A stretch of 57,248 nucleotides of DNA from Prochloraceae cyanobacterium. Lineage in GTDB: Bacteria > Cyanobacteriota > Cyanobacteriia > Cyanobacteriales > JASJDA01. The stretch is taken from the NCBI GenBank assembly GCA_030065265.1, contig JASJCW010000003.1:1-57248 (forward strand), read 5' to 3'. A program made the translations under genes and the position numbers. Positions 28,768 through 40,574 of this stretch are shown in pieces. Every line of letters starts with the position of its first letter. Positions within the stretch are counted from its first letter, which is position 1. Below the pieces are notes generated by a model, which saw only the letters and a list, made by a program, of their open reading frames with translations, ran no database searches and was not told where the DNA came from.

Positions 28768-30033
28768 CTATTTTTTTGCCCTAATTTCTTGATTGAGAAT
28801 CGTTAGAGCTTTTGAAAATTGAGGATCTCCCAAAGTACCGATCAGAGTGCGATCCTTTTGAAGTTTTTCGCGATCTGCATCGCTCAATTCGATAATAATA
28901 TTCGGGGGAATTCCTTCTTTGTTGATATCTCTACCGCTAGGGGTTAAATACTTAGCTATAGTTACCGCTAGTCCAGATCCGTCTCCTAAAGGACGCACCG
29001 ACTGAACCAAACCTTTACCAAAAGTTTTAGTTCCGACCAAAACTGCTCGACCGTTATCTTTCAAAGCACCCGAAAGAATTTCACTGGCACTGGCAGAACC
29101 GCCATCAACCAATATTACTACAGGTTTATTAGTTATAGCGCGGTTGTTTGCTTTTTGCTCTTCAACGACACCTTTACGATAAACTGTTGAGACTATTTTA
29201 CCGCGATCGAGGAACATTCTAGCAATATCTACACTAGCGTATAATAGTCCTCCCGGATTAGAGCGCAAATCTAGAACGTAACCTTCGACATTTTTTCGTT
29301 CTAAATTTCTAATTGCTTCTCGCATTTCTTTAGGTGCTTGGGCACTAAATTGAGTTAAGCGAATATAGCCGATTTTTCCTTGAGAAGTATTTTCAACCCG
29401 CGATCGCACTGCATGGAGCTTAATTCTAGCTCTTTCTATAGTGAAGTTTCTAATCCGAGATCCTCTTTGAATTGTTAAAGTTACTGTAGTTCCTGGCTTG
29501 CCTCGAATCAACTTAACCGCGTCGTTGATTTCCATTCCTTGAGTGCTTTTGCCATCAATTTTAGTAATAATATCTCGAGCCATAATTCCCGCTTTAAAAG
29601 CAGGAGTTTCCTCAATTGGAGAAATAACAATTAATCTATTGGTTTCTTCATCTTTTGAAATAGTGATACCTACTCCAGTCAATTCTCCAGAGGTATCGAT
29701 CTGCATGTTCTTATATTCTTGAGGATCCATAAAACGAGTGTAAGGATCGTCAAGCTTGCCGAGCATTTCTTTAATTGCTGTATATGCCTCTTCTTGGTTG
29801 GCATAAGATTTATTGAGATACTCTCTGCGAACTTGTCGCCAATCTACCTGATTAAAAGTAGCATCTACATAGTTGTAATTTATAATTTGCCAAACTTCAT
29901 CTATTAATGCTTTAGGGCTTTCCTTGAAAAAAGCCTGAGTTCGAGGAAGATGAACTCCTGCTCCAACCACAGCAACGGTTGAAAGAACTACAGCACTACT
30001 ACAAAGGACTAGCCCGCGTTTTGTCAAGGTCAT
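28768..30033 (-). CDS. S41 C-terminal processing protease (probably CtpC type)
   Basis: PDZ domain; LDLRSNPGG, SASASEI and TFGKGLVQ motifs; MTLTKRGLVL N-terminus. Confidence 0.9.
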   Translation of the reverse strand: MTLTKRGLVLCSSAVVLSTVAVVGAGVHLPRTQAFFKESPKALIDEVWQIINYNYVDATFNQVDWRQVRREYLNKSYANQEEAYTAIKEMLGKLDDPYTRFMDPQEYKNMQIDTSGELTGVGITISKDEETNRLIVISPIEETPAFKAGIMARDIITKIDGKSTQGMEINDAVKLIRGKPGTTVTLTIQRGSRIRNFTIERARIKLHAVRSRVENTSQGKIGYIRLTQFSAQAPKEMREAIRNLERKNVEGYVLDLRSNPGGLLYASVDIARMFLDRGKIVSTVYRKGVVEEQKANNRAITNKPVVILVDGGSASASEILSGALKDNGRAVLVGTKTFGKGLVQSVRPLGDGSGLAVTIAKYLTPSGRDINKEGIPPNIIIELSDADREKLQKDRTLIGTLGDPQFSKALTILNQEIRAKK

Positions 30034-30217
30034 AAGCTTACTTTCTGATGGTGATAATATTAAGATATTATTGCTATCCTTTTAACGCTCACTCTAACAC
30101 AGGTGTCTCGATCTGTAGAGCTAATTGCTTGTAGCACAACGAATTAAAGGATAAAAGAATAAATCTATCGATACTATATATTTTGTTTACTATATCCAGT
30201 TATAAGCGATCGCCGAG

Positions 30218-31153
30218 TTATTTTCCAGAGGAAAACCGATCTACTGCGCTAAAGAATTGATTGAGATCGCCGAGCATAGTTCGCGCTCCTTTTTTAGTTA
30301 CGCTCAAAGCCCCCATAACGCTAGCCCATTGTAAAGCTTCTTTTAAAGATTTTCCCTCAGCTAGGGCTGCCGCTAGCCCGCCATTAAAAGCATCTCCCGC
30401 ACCGACAGTATCGATAACTTCTGTTTGGGGAATCGCGGGGAGCGTATAAGATCCCGAGTCGCTCGAACAAAAACAACCATCTGCACCTAAAGTAACGATC
30501 GCAGTACGAACCCCTTTCGCTCTAAAAAAATTCGCTGCAGCGGCGGCACTATCGCGATCGGTTACAGGAAAGCCTGCTAATTGAGAAGCTTCTATTTCGT
30601 TGGGGGTGATGATATCGATCGAGGAGTAAAGTTCTGCTGGCAAACTAGAGGGTGCAGGTGCGGGGTCTAAAATTACCGTTACTCCAGCTGATTTAGCAGC
30701 TTTGGCTGCTTCTAAAACTGCATCTAGAGGAATACCTAACTCTAGCATCACTATTTTAGCATTCTCGAGCAAAGCCTTGAAAGCTTCAATTTCTTGTTTT
30801 CCTACACAACCATTAGCTCCAGCAGCGATCGCGATCGTATTATCCCCATTAGCAGCCACGGCGATCGAAGCAACGCCAGAATGAATATTTGAATTTATTT
30901 TAACTGCATCGGTTTTAACTCCTGCCGCTTGTAAACTTGCTAGTAAGGAGCGTCCAAAATCATCGGCTCCAACTTGACCGACAAAATAAACCGGAGACAA
31001 TTTTAATTGAGCGGCTGCTACTGCTTGATTTGCTCCTTTGCCACCACTAGCAGTGAAAAAACTTTCTGAAGGTATTGTTTCTCCTGCAAGGGGTAAACGG
31101 GGAACGGTTACCACTAAATCCATATTAATGCTGCCAAAAACTACAATGCTCAT
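30218..31153 (-). CDS. rbsK: Ribokinase
   Basis: GSINMDL, GGKGANQAVAAA and DTVGAGDAFNG motifs. Confidence 0.92.
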   Translation of the reverse strand: MSIVVFGSINMDLVVTVPRLPLAGETIPSESFFTASGGKGANQAVAAAQLKLSPVYFVGQVGADDFGRSLLASLQAAGVKTDAVKINSNIHSGVASIAVAANGDNTIAIAAGANGCVGKQEIEAFKALLENAKIVMLELGIPLDAVLEAAKAAKSAGVTVILDPAPAPSSLPAELYSSIDIITPNEIEASQLAGFPVTDRDSAAAAANFFRAKGVRTAIVTLGADGCFCSSDSGSYTLPAIPQTEVIDTVGAGDAFNGGLAAALAEGKSLKEALQWASVMGALSVTKKGARTMLGDLNQFFSAVDRFSSGK

Positions 31154-31173
31154 ATCGATGATGGTTTAATTTT

Positions 31174-32082
31174 TTGTGGGGCTTGAGAGGGAGCTTTTTA
31201 GAGAGCAAAGAGCGAATTAAAGACTTATCACTCGATAATTTAGGATCTGAGGCGATCGCAATGGGAAATCAAAAACACATTCTTGCTAATCATTATAAGA
31301 AACGCCGCGAACAACTCAAACAAAACAGAAGAATTGAATTTTGGCAAGCCACCTGGAGACTATTTTTTTTGTTGCTGGTAACTGGCGGTATTTGTTGGGC
31401 GATCGCCTTACCCAATTGGCTCATTTTACGAAAATCTCAAATCCAGATTCAAGGAAATCAATATTTAACCAGCGATGCAATTAGAGAATTATTAGGATTA
31501 TCTTATCCCACATCTGTTTTAGAAATACAGTCCCAGAAATTGATTCAACAACTTAAAGATAATGCTGCGATCGAAGAAGTAATCATTACTCGACAACTTT
31601 TACCTCCAGGGGCGATCGTTACAGTTCGAGACAGGCCTCCAGTGGCGATCGCCCTATCACCTCAAACTCAATTAGACGACCCCGAATCTTACAGTAAAGA
31701 AATCGGTTTTTTAGATGAAAAAGGTATTTGGATGCCGAAAAGTAGCTATCAAAACGATCTAGAAAAATTGCCGATTCCTAATTTTAAAGTGACTGGCAAT
31801 AGCTCTCACTACTTACAATATTGGCCGGAAATCTATCCAATTATCCAACAAGCAACAATTAAAATTTACGAGTTAAACTGGGAAGACCCGAGTAATACCA
31901 TCTTAAGAACCACACTAGGTAAAGTTCATTTAGGGGCTTATAGCTCTCCAGCCCGATTTCAAGAACAGTTAGCTGTCTTATCAAAAATGCAAGAATTGCC
32001 AAATAAAATGCCCCTGGTTCAAATTGACTGGATCGATTTAAAAGACCTCAACTCTCCTCAGATCGAGGTATATTCACCTTAA
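31174..32082 (+). CDS. ftsQ: Cell division protein FtsQ/DivIB (start uncertain; ATG 31261 possible)
   Basis: Basic N-terminus, one TM segment, POTRA 'IQIQGNQYL', C-terminal IDL; upstream of ftsZ. Confidence 0.85.
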   Translation: MWGLRGSFLESKERIKDLSLDNLGSEAIAMGNQKHILANHYKKRREQLKQNRRIEFWQATWRLFFLLLVTGGICWAIALPNWLILRKSQIQIQGNQYLTSDAIRELLGLSYPTSVLEIQSQKLIQQLKDNAAIEEVIITRQLLPPGAIVTVRDRPPVAIALSPQTQLDDPESYSKEIGFLDEKGIWMPKSSYQNDLEKLPIPNFKVTGNSSHYLQYWPEIYPIIQQATIKIYELNWEDPSNTILRTTLGKVHLGAYSSPARFQEQLAVLSKMQELPNKMPLVQIDWIDLKDLNSPQIEVYSP

Positions 32083-32702
32083 AACTCTTTTCGATCTGTT
32101 TAACTTGGGACTGTTAACCTAGTTATCAATAAAATAAATCATTCATAAGCTACGATAATACTAAGAGTTTGACTTGCAATCTTTATTCGATTGAGTTTAT
32201 TTGTATTAGTCAAGTAATTAACATTTAAATTAGTTAGGAATTGAGACGAATTTGCCCTTGAGAATCAAATATAGTCGTGAAAGTTATTATTTTTCCATAA
32301 TGTCGATATAGTGTCGTTCTCAATACTATTTTCTCGATTAATAAACCGTTTTTTGCATCCAACAAAGCTAAATTTATTGGATTTGAAAAGAGGATAATAA
32401 TAACTAAATTAAAGCAGAGATTAAAAAAACTTGAACCAACCTCTGGAGAAAAATCTTTAATTATTACCAATATTTTCCTGGATTTAATCTGTATGTGTCT
32501 CAATTGAATGGAAGTGACTCAGTAATATCCTGACGATGGGGCGAAAATTAACCTGATGGATAAGAATATTTACGACGTTGGCACAATATAACTAGAAAAT
32601 TTAAATATTTTTTAGTTATTAAAAGCTCTGGCTAAATCAGCATAATAATAAACGTAGTCAACTTCCCTCACATAAAATACCGAATCAATCAAAGGTGCAT
32701 GT

Positions 32703-34013
32703 ATGTACGAAAACTCTCCAGATACCGTTAAGGGCGATCGGCTAAACGGACAAAATTCTCGTTCCCAAAATAATTCTACTTTTAATAATTCTAAAGAATA
32801 TCGGGATTCCCCAAGTAACATTTCAGGTAATTATCTATACGATCGCAATTTTGAAGTACCGATAAATAAAAACTCTACTTTACCCAGAGAGGGAAAACCG
32901 GACAATATCGTGCCCAGTAACGTAGCTAAAATTAAAGTAATCGGTGTGGGTGGAGGCGGTTGCAATGCGGTCAATCGCATGATTCAAACTGATATTATTG
33001 GGGTAGAGTTTTGGGCGATCAATACCGACGCACAAGCATTAGCTCAAGCTGCCGCTCCAAATCGCCTTCAAGTCGGTCAAAAACTCACCAGAGGACTCGG
33101 TGCGGGTGGAAACCCGGCGATCGGACAAAAAGCAGCCGAAGAATCTCGCGAAGAAATTGCGATCGCTTTAGAAGGTACGGATCTAGTCTTTATTACGGCC
33201 GGTATGGGTGGAGGAACTGGAACTGGTGCAGCTCCGATCGTCGCTGAAGTCGCCAAAGAAATGGGTTGTTTGACCGTCGGCGTAATTACTCGTCCTTTTA
33301 CTTTTGAAGGCCGTCGTCGCACCAATCAAGCTGACGAAGGGATAAGTGCGCTAGAAACAAGAGTCGATACTTTAATTACCATCCCCAACAATCAACTACT
33401 TTCAGTAATTTCTCCAGAAACTCCAGTTCAAGAAGCTTTTCGCGTTGCTGACGATATTCTTCGCCAAGGGGTACAAGGAATATCCGATATTATTACCGTT
33501 CCTGGTTTAGTTAATGTTGATTTTGCTGACGTTAAAGCGGTCATGGCAGATGCGGGATCTGCTTTAATGGGAATCGGCATCGGATCTGGTAAATCGAGGG
33601 CCAAAGAAGGCTCTGTAATGGCAATTTCTTCTCCTTTATTAGAATCTTCGATTTCCGGGGCTAAAGGAGTCGTGTTAAATATTACTGGTGGCAGCGATCT
33701 GACGCTTCACGAAGTTAATACAGCCGCAGAAACAATTTACGATATCGTCGATCCGAACGCTAACATTATTTTTGGTGCGGTAATTGACGAACAAATGCAG
33801 GGCGAAATTAGAATTACTGTAATTGCCACCGGCTTTACCGGAGAAGGACAGAAAACACCACCAAAAACTACTAAAGTTCAATCGCCTTTAGATCGGCCCG
33901 GATTTTCCCAGCAAAGAAAAACCACAACTCCAGCTAAAGAAACTTCAAAAGATAAAGGGCTGCTCGATATTCCAGAATTTTTACAGCGTCGTCGTAACTT
34001 CTCTAAAAATTAA
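32703..34013 (+). CDS. ftsZ: Cell division protein FtsZ
   Basis: [21 protein letters not shown] and C-terminal [10 protein letters not shown]; cyanobacterial N-terminal extension. Confidence 0.98.
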   Translation: MYENSPDTVKGDRLNGQNSRSQNNSTFNNSKEYRDSPSNISGNYLYDRNFEVPINKNSTLPREGKPDNIVPSNVAKIKVIGVGGGGCNAVNRMIQTDIIGVEFWAINTDAQALAQAAAPNRLQVGQKLTRGLGAGGNPAIGQKAAEESREEIAIALEGTDLVFITAGMGGGTGTGAAPIVAEVAKEMGCLTVGVITRPFTFEGRRRTNQADEGISALETRVDTLITIPNNQLLSVISPETPVQEAFRVADDILRQGVQGISDIITVPGLVNVDFADVKAVMADAGSALMGIGIGSGKSRAKEGSVMAISSPLLESSISGAKGVVLNITGGSDLTLHEVNTAAETIYDIVDPNANIIFGAVIDEQMQGEIRITVIATGFTGEGQKTPPKTTKVQSPLDRPGFSQQRKTTTPAKETSKDKGLLDIPEFLQRRRNFSKN

Positions 34014-34041
34014 CTAGCCTTGATAGAAAAATTGATGACTA

Positions 34042-34851
34042 ATGACTAAGTTTGACAAAATTGCGATGACCATCGCTGGTTCTGATAGTGGAGGAGGAGC
34101 GGGAATTCAAGCAGATTTAAAAACTTTTGCTTTTCACTGCGTGCACGGAACTAGTGCCATAACTTGCGTTACCGCTCAAAATACGGTCGGAGTAAGGGAA
34201 GTGATGGCGATCGCCCCCGAAACAGTTGTAGCTCAAATCAAAGCAATAACAGAAGATATCAATCCGGGCGCGATTAAAACCGGAATGCTGTTCGATCGAG
34301 AGATTATTTTCTCAGTCGCAAAGTGTTTGCAACAATTGCCTTCAATCCCTCTAGTCGTAGATCCGGTAATGGTATCTCGCACTGGAGCTAAATTGCTCGA
34401 CGATCGCGCTGTGACTCGCTTGGAAAAGGATTTGTTTCCCCTCGCAACTATCGTCACTCCCAATATTTACGAAGCACAAATATCGAGTAAGATCGCCATA
34501 AATAACCTCGAAGATATGCAAGCGGCCGCTAAAATAATTCATCAGAAAGGAGCTAAAGCGGTTTTAATTAAAGGCGGTGCGATGTTAGCAGATTTGCGAG
34601 GGGTAGATGTTTTTTTTGACGGTCGAGAATATCGCATACTTCGGACTGAAATTGTCAATACTAAGCACACCCACGGAACTGGATGCACTCTCTCAGCTGC
34701 GATCGCTGCTAATTTAAGTTTGGGAAAAGATCTTTTCAGCGCAGTTGAAGCCGCTAAAGATTACATTACCAAAGCACTAAAATATTCTCTCAATATCGGT
34801 GAAGGTACGGGGCCCGTAGGTCATTTTTTTCCTTTACTCTTGAAAAGTTAA
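34042..34851 (+). CDS. thiD: Hydroxymethylpyrimidine/phosphomethylpyrimidine kinase
   Basis: TIAGSDSGGGAGIQADLKTF and THGTGCTLSAAI motifs. Confidence 0.95.
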   Translation: MTKFDKIAMTIAGSDSGGGAGIQADLKTFAFHCVHGTSAITCVTAQNTVGVREVMAIAPETVVAQIKAITEDINPGAIKTGMLFDREIIFSVAKCLQQLPSIPLVVDPVMVSRTGAKLLDDRAVTRLEKDLFPLATIVTPNIYEAQISSKIAINNLEDMQAAAKIIHQKGAKAVLIKGGAMLADLRGVDVFFDGREYRILRTEIVNTKHTHGTGCTLSAAIAANLSLGKDLFSAVEAAKDYITKALKYSLNIGEGTGPVGHFFPLLLKS

Positions 34852-34995
34852 ATCTTAATAAAAACAAAAATAAAATCCTCGAATCGATAGTAAAACAAAC
34901 GAATACCACCCTAATAAATTTTTAATAAACTAACTTTAGGAAAGGTCGTTAGGCAATAATTAACGAGTACGAAAAAAGATTATCTTATTGACGAG

Positions 34996-36210
34996 TTGCG
35001 ACCAGCAAGATCGCAAGATTTTATTATGCTTAATTGGCAATTTTTACTGCAAAAAAAAGGCGATTTTATTTGGTCGGCGATTGATTCGCCAAAATTAAAA
35101 ATAGAAGAAGGTATTTATCGGATTTTGGGTCAGGGTAGTTGCAGCGATCGTGAGGTGGAAGTGCGCTGCACTTATCAAGATTTTTTGGCGCGACAAGTCT
35201 CTAATTGTTTATCTAAAAAAACTCGTCGTCTCGATCGATTGGGATTGATTGTAGTAATTCCTTTTACCTATCTAGATCCTGGTTATTGGGAGTTCAGTTG
35301 TTGCTACGACCTGCTGTTTGAAATGTTAGGTAGTTCTTGGCACGATCGCTTACAATTACAGGTTTTACCGACAATAGATAAAACAGAAAAACCAAAAAAA
35401 TTCAGAAAAAAAGTAACGATCGAACGAGATAAAAAAGAGATAAGATCCAGTTCAGTTTTTGATTTTTTGCCGAATCCAAAAAGTATTTCGCGATCGCAAA
35501 TATTTGCATTTCCTCAAGAAATGCCCAGGAAAAAAGTAATCAAAACAAGCAAAGCTGAAGAGTTTTTTGCCAGCAGAAAAGTCTCCTCTTGCCTCTTACA
35601 TGAAGAAACTCGCGCTAGTTTAGCTGGAATTGCTTTAAATATTATAGACTGGCAGAATTTAAATGTATTAGAACTATTTAAAAAGCCGATTTCCTGGAAA
35701 GGAATTAAACTAAGACAAGACGATCGGGAAAATTTACAACAAATCAAAACAGTCTCAGAACCAAGAAAAACTCAATCAGAAAATTTATCTTCAAGATTAC
35801 ATTTACCAAATCTACCAAAAATAACTAAACTTGTTACTGATGTTCCCCTATCACCGATGCGCGATCGCAAATCTAGATTACAAACATCTTTAGGACAAAT
35901 TTTGCCACCAAAGATCGCAACTTCTTCTCCTCACAAAAAGCGTCAATTGCCCCAACTTCCTAAATTAATCTCTTCACCAATTCCGACAATTAATCTGAAT
36001 AAACCCGCTTCTTTTAAAATTACTAAAGCCAATAATCAAAGCGCGCCACTTACAAGCGGAATTATTCGAGATCGCTCTATAGATAGCAAGATTAAATTAG
36101 ATTCTTGGCACAATAGTAAAGTCGATCGCAAATTTGCAGCTTTAAGATCTAAGGAACGTTTTTTAGCTAATTTACACTCTCTAACAGAAGGGTCTCAAAA
36201 GCAAAAATAA
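34996..36210 (+). CDS. Hypothetical protein (cyanobacterial W.FLLQK.GD..W N-terminal domain, Pro/Lys-rich tail); likely start ATG 35026
   Basis: Long ORF; N-terminus WQFLLQKKGD...EEGIYRI...GLIVVIPFTYL.PG.W; C-terminal ERF...L.SL. Confidence 0.65.
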   Translation: MRPARSQDFIMLNWQFLLQKKGDFIWSAIDSPKLKIEEGIYRILGQGSCSDREVEVRCTYQDFLARQVSNCLSKKTRRLDRLGLIVVIPFTYLDPGYWEFSCCYDLLFEMLGSSWHDRLQLQVLPTIDKTEKPKKFRKKVTIERDKKEIRSSSVFDFLPNPKSISRSQIFAFPQEMPRKKVIKTSKAEEFFASRKVSSCLLHEETRASLAGIALNIIDWQNLNVLELFKKPISWKGIKLRQDDRENLQQIKTVSEPRKTQSENLSSRLHLPNLPKITKLVTDVPLSPMRDRKSRLQTSLGQILPPKIATSSPHKKRQLPQLPKLISSPIPTINLNKPASFKITKANNQSAPLTSGIIRDRSIDSKIKLDSWHNSKVDRKFAALRSKERFLANLHSLTEGSQKQK

Positions 36211-36336
36211 ATTTTTTGACAATTTATAAATTATTTCTTTAATTGCCTCGATTGACAGGCAACAAGTTAAAATAAATGCAGTAAACGAGCATTTTTTCTA
36301 AGTTTATCCTTTTAATTTTAGTTTAAGAAAATTTCC

Positions 36337-36786
36337 ATGACTATTGCTAATTTTTTATTCAGCCCAACCATGTGGTGGCTAGTTATTGGCTTTCTTCTTT
36401 GCTGCAGTGAAGTATTTATTCCCACTGCCTTTACATCTTTTGTGATGGGTGCAAGTGCTATAATCGTAGCCGCAATATCTTTAATCGTTCCTCAGCTCAG
36501 CTTGCAGATAGCAATATGGATGGTAATCTCTCTATCATTTGTATTAATGTCGCGAACTTTATTGCCAAAAACCAAAAGAACAGCCTATTTAGGAGACGAC
36601 TCCACCGCCGAAACTTTAACATCAATAGTTCCAGGTAAAGGGGGTAGAGTGCTTTATGAGGGTGGTTCTTGGCAGGCTAAAACTGAGTACGAACAAGAAA
36701 TAATTCCCAAAGGAGAAACAGTTTACGTAATTGGTAAAAAAGGAACTACTTTAATTGTTCTATCGCAAAAGTTGCTCGATTCATAA
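36337..36786 (+). CDS. NfeD family protein
   Basis: TM segments plus G.V.YEG.SWQA OB-fold; precedes an SPFH gene. Confidence 0.88.
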   Translation: MTIANFLFSPTMWWLVIGFLLCCSEVFIPTAFTSFVMGASAIIVAAISLIVPQLSLQIAIWMVISLSFVLMSRTLLPKTKRTAYLGDDSTAETLTSIVPGKGGRVLYEGGSWQAKTEYEQEIIPKGETVYVIGKKGTTLIVLSQKLLDS

Positions 36787-36813
36787 TTTAATAATCAAAA
36801 ATAATAAATTTAA

Positions 36814-37860
36814 TTGCTGAGGTTTAAAAATATGCAATGGTTCTGGATAATAGCTGGGATTTTTGGTTTTGCGACGCTTAAAGGTTCTGTCAAAATCGTC
36901 AATGAAAAAAATGAGTATTTAATCGAAAGACTGGGCAGTTACAATCGTAAATTAGAACCGGGACTCAAATTTGTAATTCCCGTACTTGAAAACATAGTTT
37001 ACAAAGAGACTATTCGCGAAAAAGTTCTCGATATTCCCGCACAATCCTGTATTACTCGCGATAACGTTGCTATTAATGTCGATGCAGTCGTATATTGGCG
37101 GATTATGGATATGTATAAAGCTTACTATAAAGTAGAGAACCTTCAGGATGCAATGGTGAATTTAGTTTTAACCCAAATTCGCTCCGAAATGGGTAAATTA
37201 GAACTAGATCAAACTTTTACCGCTCGCACCGAAATCAACGAAATCTTATTGCGAGAATTAGATGTAGCAACCGATCCTTGGGGCGTAAAAGTGACTCGAG
37301 TCGAACTGCGCGACATCGTTCCTTCTAAAGCAGTTCAAGACTCGATGGAGTTACAAATGGCCGCAGAAAGACGTAAAAGAGCAGCTATCTTAACCTCTGA
37401 AGGGGAAAGAGATGCTGCAATTAACTCTGCTAAAGGTAAAGCTGAATCTCAGGTATTAGAAGCAGAAGCCAAGAAAAAAGCCGCCATTCTCGCAGCAGAA
37501 GCTCAAAAACAAGCAATAGTTCTCAAGGCCGAAGCACAACGTCAAGAACAAGTTCTCAAAGCCGAAGCGACTTCCCAAGCAATGGAAATTGTCACCGATA
37601 AATTAAATAGCGATCCCAAGGCGATCGAATCTTTACAATTTTTGTTGGCTCAAAATTATCTAGAAATGGGTAAAACTATCGGCAGTTCTGAAAGTAGCAA
37701 GGTAGTATTTATGGATCCTCGCAGTTTACTATCGACTATTGAAGGAATGCGATCTGTCTTAAGCGAAAAGAGCGAAATCACCAGTAATAGAGATTTGGGT
37801 AATAATGTCGATGTCGATATCGATCTCGAAGCAATCAAGCAACGTTATAGCAATTCTTAG
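36814..37860 (+). CDS. SPFH/stomatin (band 7, paraslipin) protein; likely start ATG 36832
   Basis: [23 protein letters not shown] and [10 protein letters not shown] motifs. Confidence 0.92.
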   Translation: MLRFKNMQWFWIIAGIFGFATLKGSVKIVNEKNEYLIERLGSYNRKLEPGLKFVIPVLENIVYKETIREKVLDIPAQSCITRDNVAINVDAVVYWRIMDMYKAYYKVENLQDAMVNLVLTQIRSEMGKLELDQTFTARTEINEILLRELDVATDPWGVKVTRVELRDIVPSKAVQDSMELQMAAERRKRAAILTSEGERDAAINSAKGKAESQVLEAEAKKKAAILAAEAQKQAIVLKAEAQRQEQVLKAEATSQAMEIVTDKLNSDPKAIESLQFLLAQNYLEMGKTIGSSESSKVVFMDPRSLLSTIEGMRSVLSEKSEITSNRDLGNNVDVDIDLEAIKQRYSNS

Positions 37861-37982
37861 TTAGATTATTGAAACAAACATTAATAAATAATAGGTAACA
37901 AATTCAAAATTTAAAAATTAATTACCAATTATTACTTAATCAAAGCGTTCTAGGAATTTGCAAGCCGAGAATGCAATTTTTT

Positions 37983-38672
37983 TTATTTCGGACAATTGAT
38001 TGGCGCGCAAGAAACTTCGATCGCTCTAATAGCCGCATTATTACGAAACTGTTGCGTTTGACGATATTCTTCAGAAGTAGCCTTGTAAATCCCTGCCAAA
38101 TCAGGATCTAACCAATTTGTTCTGAATTCAAGATTATCTTTAGGGCGATCGCCAAAGCTGACATATTCCCTAGATTCGTTGGCAGTATTGTAGGATAAGG
38201 TTGCATTTCCATAAATAGTTTCAGCAGCTGCGATCGCAGTGCCAACTTTGACACCTTCTTTAGTTTGATAATTAGGATTGTCAGTCATCAAAATTGTTAT
38301 CGGATCTCGATCGCTCGGCGTAATTCTATCGGGATGTGAAGTAGTTCCTGCTAAATAAAGTATATAGTATTGAACTACTCCAGATTTAGTTACCGCGATC
38401 GCATTGAGATCGACCATAAAAGAAGATTGAAGTTTAAATTCAGTATCTGGATCTGATATTTCCTTGAGTTGACCTAAAGTCATGCCCAGTCTGGCTTTGC
38501 CAATTCCTTCAGATGAGATTATTAAGTCTCGATCTATACCCGGATCTTTGTTTTGCAATTCAGATTTTGGATCGGTTTGAATTGGTTTTTCAATTTCGAT
38601 CGCTTTGTCCTGACAGGCTGAAATTAATAATGCAGTTAATAAAATAGCGATATTTATATTCAAATATTTCAT
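37983..38672 (-). CDS. Hypothetical lipoprotein
   Basis: Lipobox LISAC; GIG.ARLGMT and T.EGVKVGT motifs. Confidence 0.7.
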   Translation of the reverse strand: MKYLNINIAILLTALLISACQDKAIEIEKPIQTDPKSELQNKDPGIDRDLIISSEGIGKARLGMTLGQLKEISDPDTEFKLQSSFMVDLNAIAVTKSGVVQYYILYLAGTTSHPDRITPSDRDPITILMTDNPNYQTKEGVKVGTAIAAAETIYGNATLSYNTANESREYVSFGDRPKDNLEFRTNWLDPDLAGIYKATSEEYRQTQQFRNNAAIRAIEVSCAPINCPK

Positions 38673-38872
38673 AGTTAAAATTGCATTTTTTTCCGATATA
38701 AATTATTATTTTTTTTCTTGATTATATAAAATTAAATTAAAATTATAAATTATAAAAGTTTCTACAAGACTAGATTTTAAGTGATATTTAACGTTATCAA
38801 TTAACAAGAAAAAAAGCCACATTTCTGGAAAATTCTCTAACGAGCGGTCTTTGGCTTCAGCCAACTATGAAC

Positions 38873-38894
38873 TGTTGCCTGTTGCCTATTGCCT
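38873..38894. repeat. Short STRR heptamer run (TGTTGCC/TATTGCC x3)
   Basis: TGTTGCCTGTTGCCTATTGCCT. Confidence 0.6.
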
Positions 38895-39026
38895 TTTCCC
38901 TTTTAATTAATTCAAAGTAATTTTCAAAAAAATAGTATGATATTCACTAAGCCGCGATCGCATCGAGCAATATTTAAATCAAATTTTACTGATAATATTT
39001 ATTCTCTAAAGTATGAGTTGAAACGC

Positions 39027-39078
39027 AAAAAAATAAGGGCAGGAAATACAGAACTTATAATTCTGTTCGATCTGCCCT
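39027..39078 (-). terminator. Terminator after pntB
   Basis: AGGGCAG...CTGCCCT stem with inner CAGAA/TTCTG; A-tract on + strand gives a U-tract on the - strand. Confidence 0.55.
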
Positions 39079-39092
39079 CTGGCTGCAAATTT

Positions 39093-40532
39093 TTAAGAAG
39101 CTACTAAAACAGTCTCTTGAACGGTTTCAGGCGCAGAATTAGTTAACTCAGCATAAACAGCATTAACATTCTTCTTCGCATCACCGAAGAGCATGAAAGT
39201 ATTTTCTTTGAAGAATAAAGGATTGCCAACACCCGCGTAGCCGCTACCCAAACTGCGTTTGAAAACAACTACAGCATCAGCCTTCCAAACTTCCATGACG
39301 GGCATACCCGCGATCGGGCTGCTAGGATCGTCTAAAGCACTGGGGTTAACAGTATCGTTAGCACCAATTACCAAAACTACATCGGTTTTAGGGAAATCAT
39401 CGTTAATCTCGTCCATTTCCAAAACGATATCGTAGGGTAAATTAGCCTCAGCTAAAAGTACGTTCATGTGACCTGGCATTCTTCCAGCTACTGGGTGGAT
39501 ACCAAAACGAACGTTAATGTTGCGCGCTCTTAAGAATTTTGTAATATCGGATACGGCGTGTTGAGCTTGAGCTACGGCCATCCCGTAACCAGGTACGATA
39601 ACTACACTCTGAGCGTCTCTTAACAATTCTGCGGTTTCTGCAGCAGTTGTAGGCGTGGCTTCGCCCTCAATTTTAGCTCCAGTACCAGTAGGGGTCGCAC
39701 CTTCGCCAAAACCGCCCAAAACAACGTTGAGGAAAGAGCGGTTCATTGCTTTACACATTACGTAGCTGAGGATCGCGCCGCTACTACCGACGATCGAACC
39801 AGTAACGATAAGCAAGTCGTTAGAAAGCATGAAACCAGTAGCAGTTCCTACCCAACCAGAATAGCTGTTGAGAATCGAAATTACCACAGGCATATCAGCA
39901 CCGCCGATCGCCATCACCATGTTAATGCCCAAAATCGAGCTAATAGCAGTCATAACAGCCAAAGGCAACATCATTGCTTCGGTGCTGGCAACTGACATAA
40001 ATTCAAAGCCAAAACCAACGCAAGCTACGAACATAGCTAAGTTCACCCAATGGCGGCCCGGAAGCATTACAGCTCTGCTAGTGACTAAACCTTGTAATTT
40101 AGCAAAAGCAATAACCGATCCGGTAAAGGTGATCGCACCGACAAAAACACCGATGAAGATCTCCAATTTGTGGATCGTGAGATCGACACCGACTAAAGTG
40201 CCATCTAGTTTTAATAATTCCGAAAAACCGATTAAAACAGCAGCTAAACCGACGAAACTGTTAAACAATCCCACCATTTGGGGCAGTCCTGTCATAGCTA
40301 CTTTGACAGCGGCGATCGCGCCGATAGTTCCACCGATAATAATCGCGACAATTAAAGGGCCGTATCCGGTTACTTCATGGCTTAAAGCCGTAGCGACAAC
40401 GGCAATAATCATGCCGATAATGCCGTAAATATTGCCTCGAGGTGCTGTTTCGGGCTTAGATAGACCCCAAACGCTGATAATAAACAATGCGATCGCGCCG
40501 ATATAGGCGACTGTTAATAAGTTATCTGACAT
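39093..40532 (-). CDS. pntB: NAD(P) transhydrogenase subunit beta
   Basis: [17 protein letters not shown] and [18 protein letters not shown] motifs. Confidence 0.97.
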   Translation of the reverse strand: MSDNLLTVAYIGAIALFIISVWGLSKPETAPRGNIYGIIGMIIAVVATALSHEVTGYGPLIVAIIIGGTIGAIAAVKVAMTGLPQMVGLFNSFVGLAAVLIGFSELLKLDGTLVGVDLTIHKLEIFIGVFVGAITFTGSVIAFAKLQGLVTSRAVMLPGRHWVNLAMFVACVGFGFEFMSVASTEAMMLPLAVMTAISSILGINMVMAIGGADMPVVISILNSYSGWVGTATGFMLSNDLLIVTGSIVGSSGAILSYVMCKAMNRSFLNVVLGGFGEGATPTGTGAKIEGEATPTTAAETAELLRDAQSVVIVPGYGMAVAQAQHAVSDITKFLRARNINVRFGIHPVAGRMPGHMNVLLAEANLPYDIVLEMDEINDDFPKTDVVLVIGANDTVNPSALDDPSSPIAGMPVMEVWKADAVVVFKRSLGSGYAGVGNPLFFKENTFMLFGDAKKNVNAVYAELTNSAPETVQETVLVAS

Positions 40533-40574
40533 AACAAAGGAAAAAATTGCGGTAAAGGTTAACGAGATCGAAAA

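Noticed and set aside
32530-32546. Hammerhead-like core CTGACGA...GAAA
   Set aside because: Only 6 nt (TGGGGC) lie between the motifs, so stem II cannot form, and there are no convincing stems I and III.
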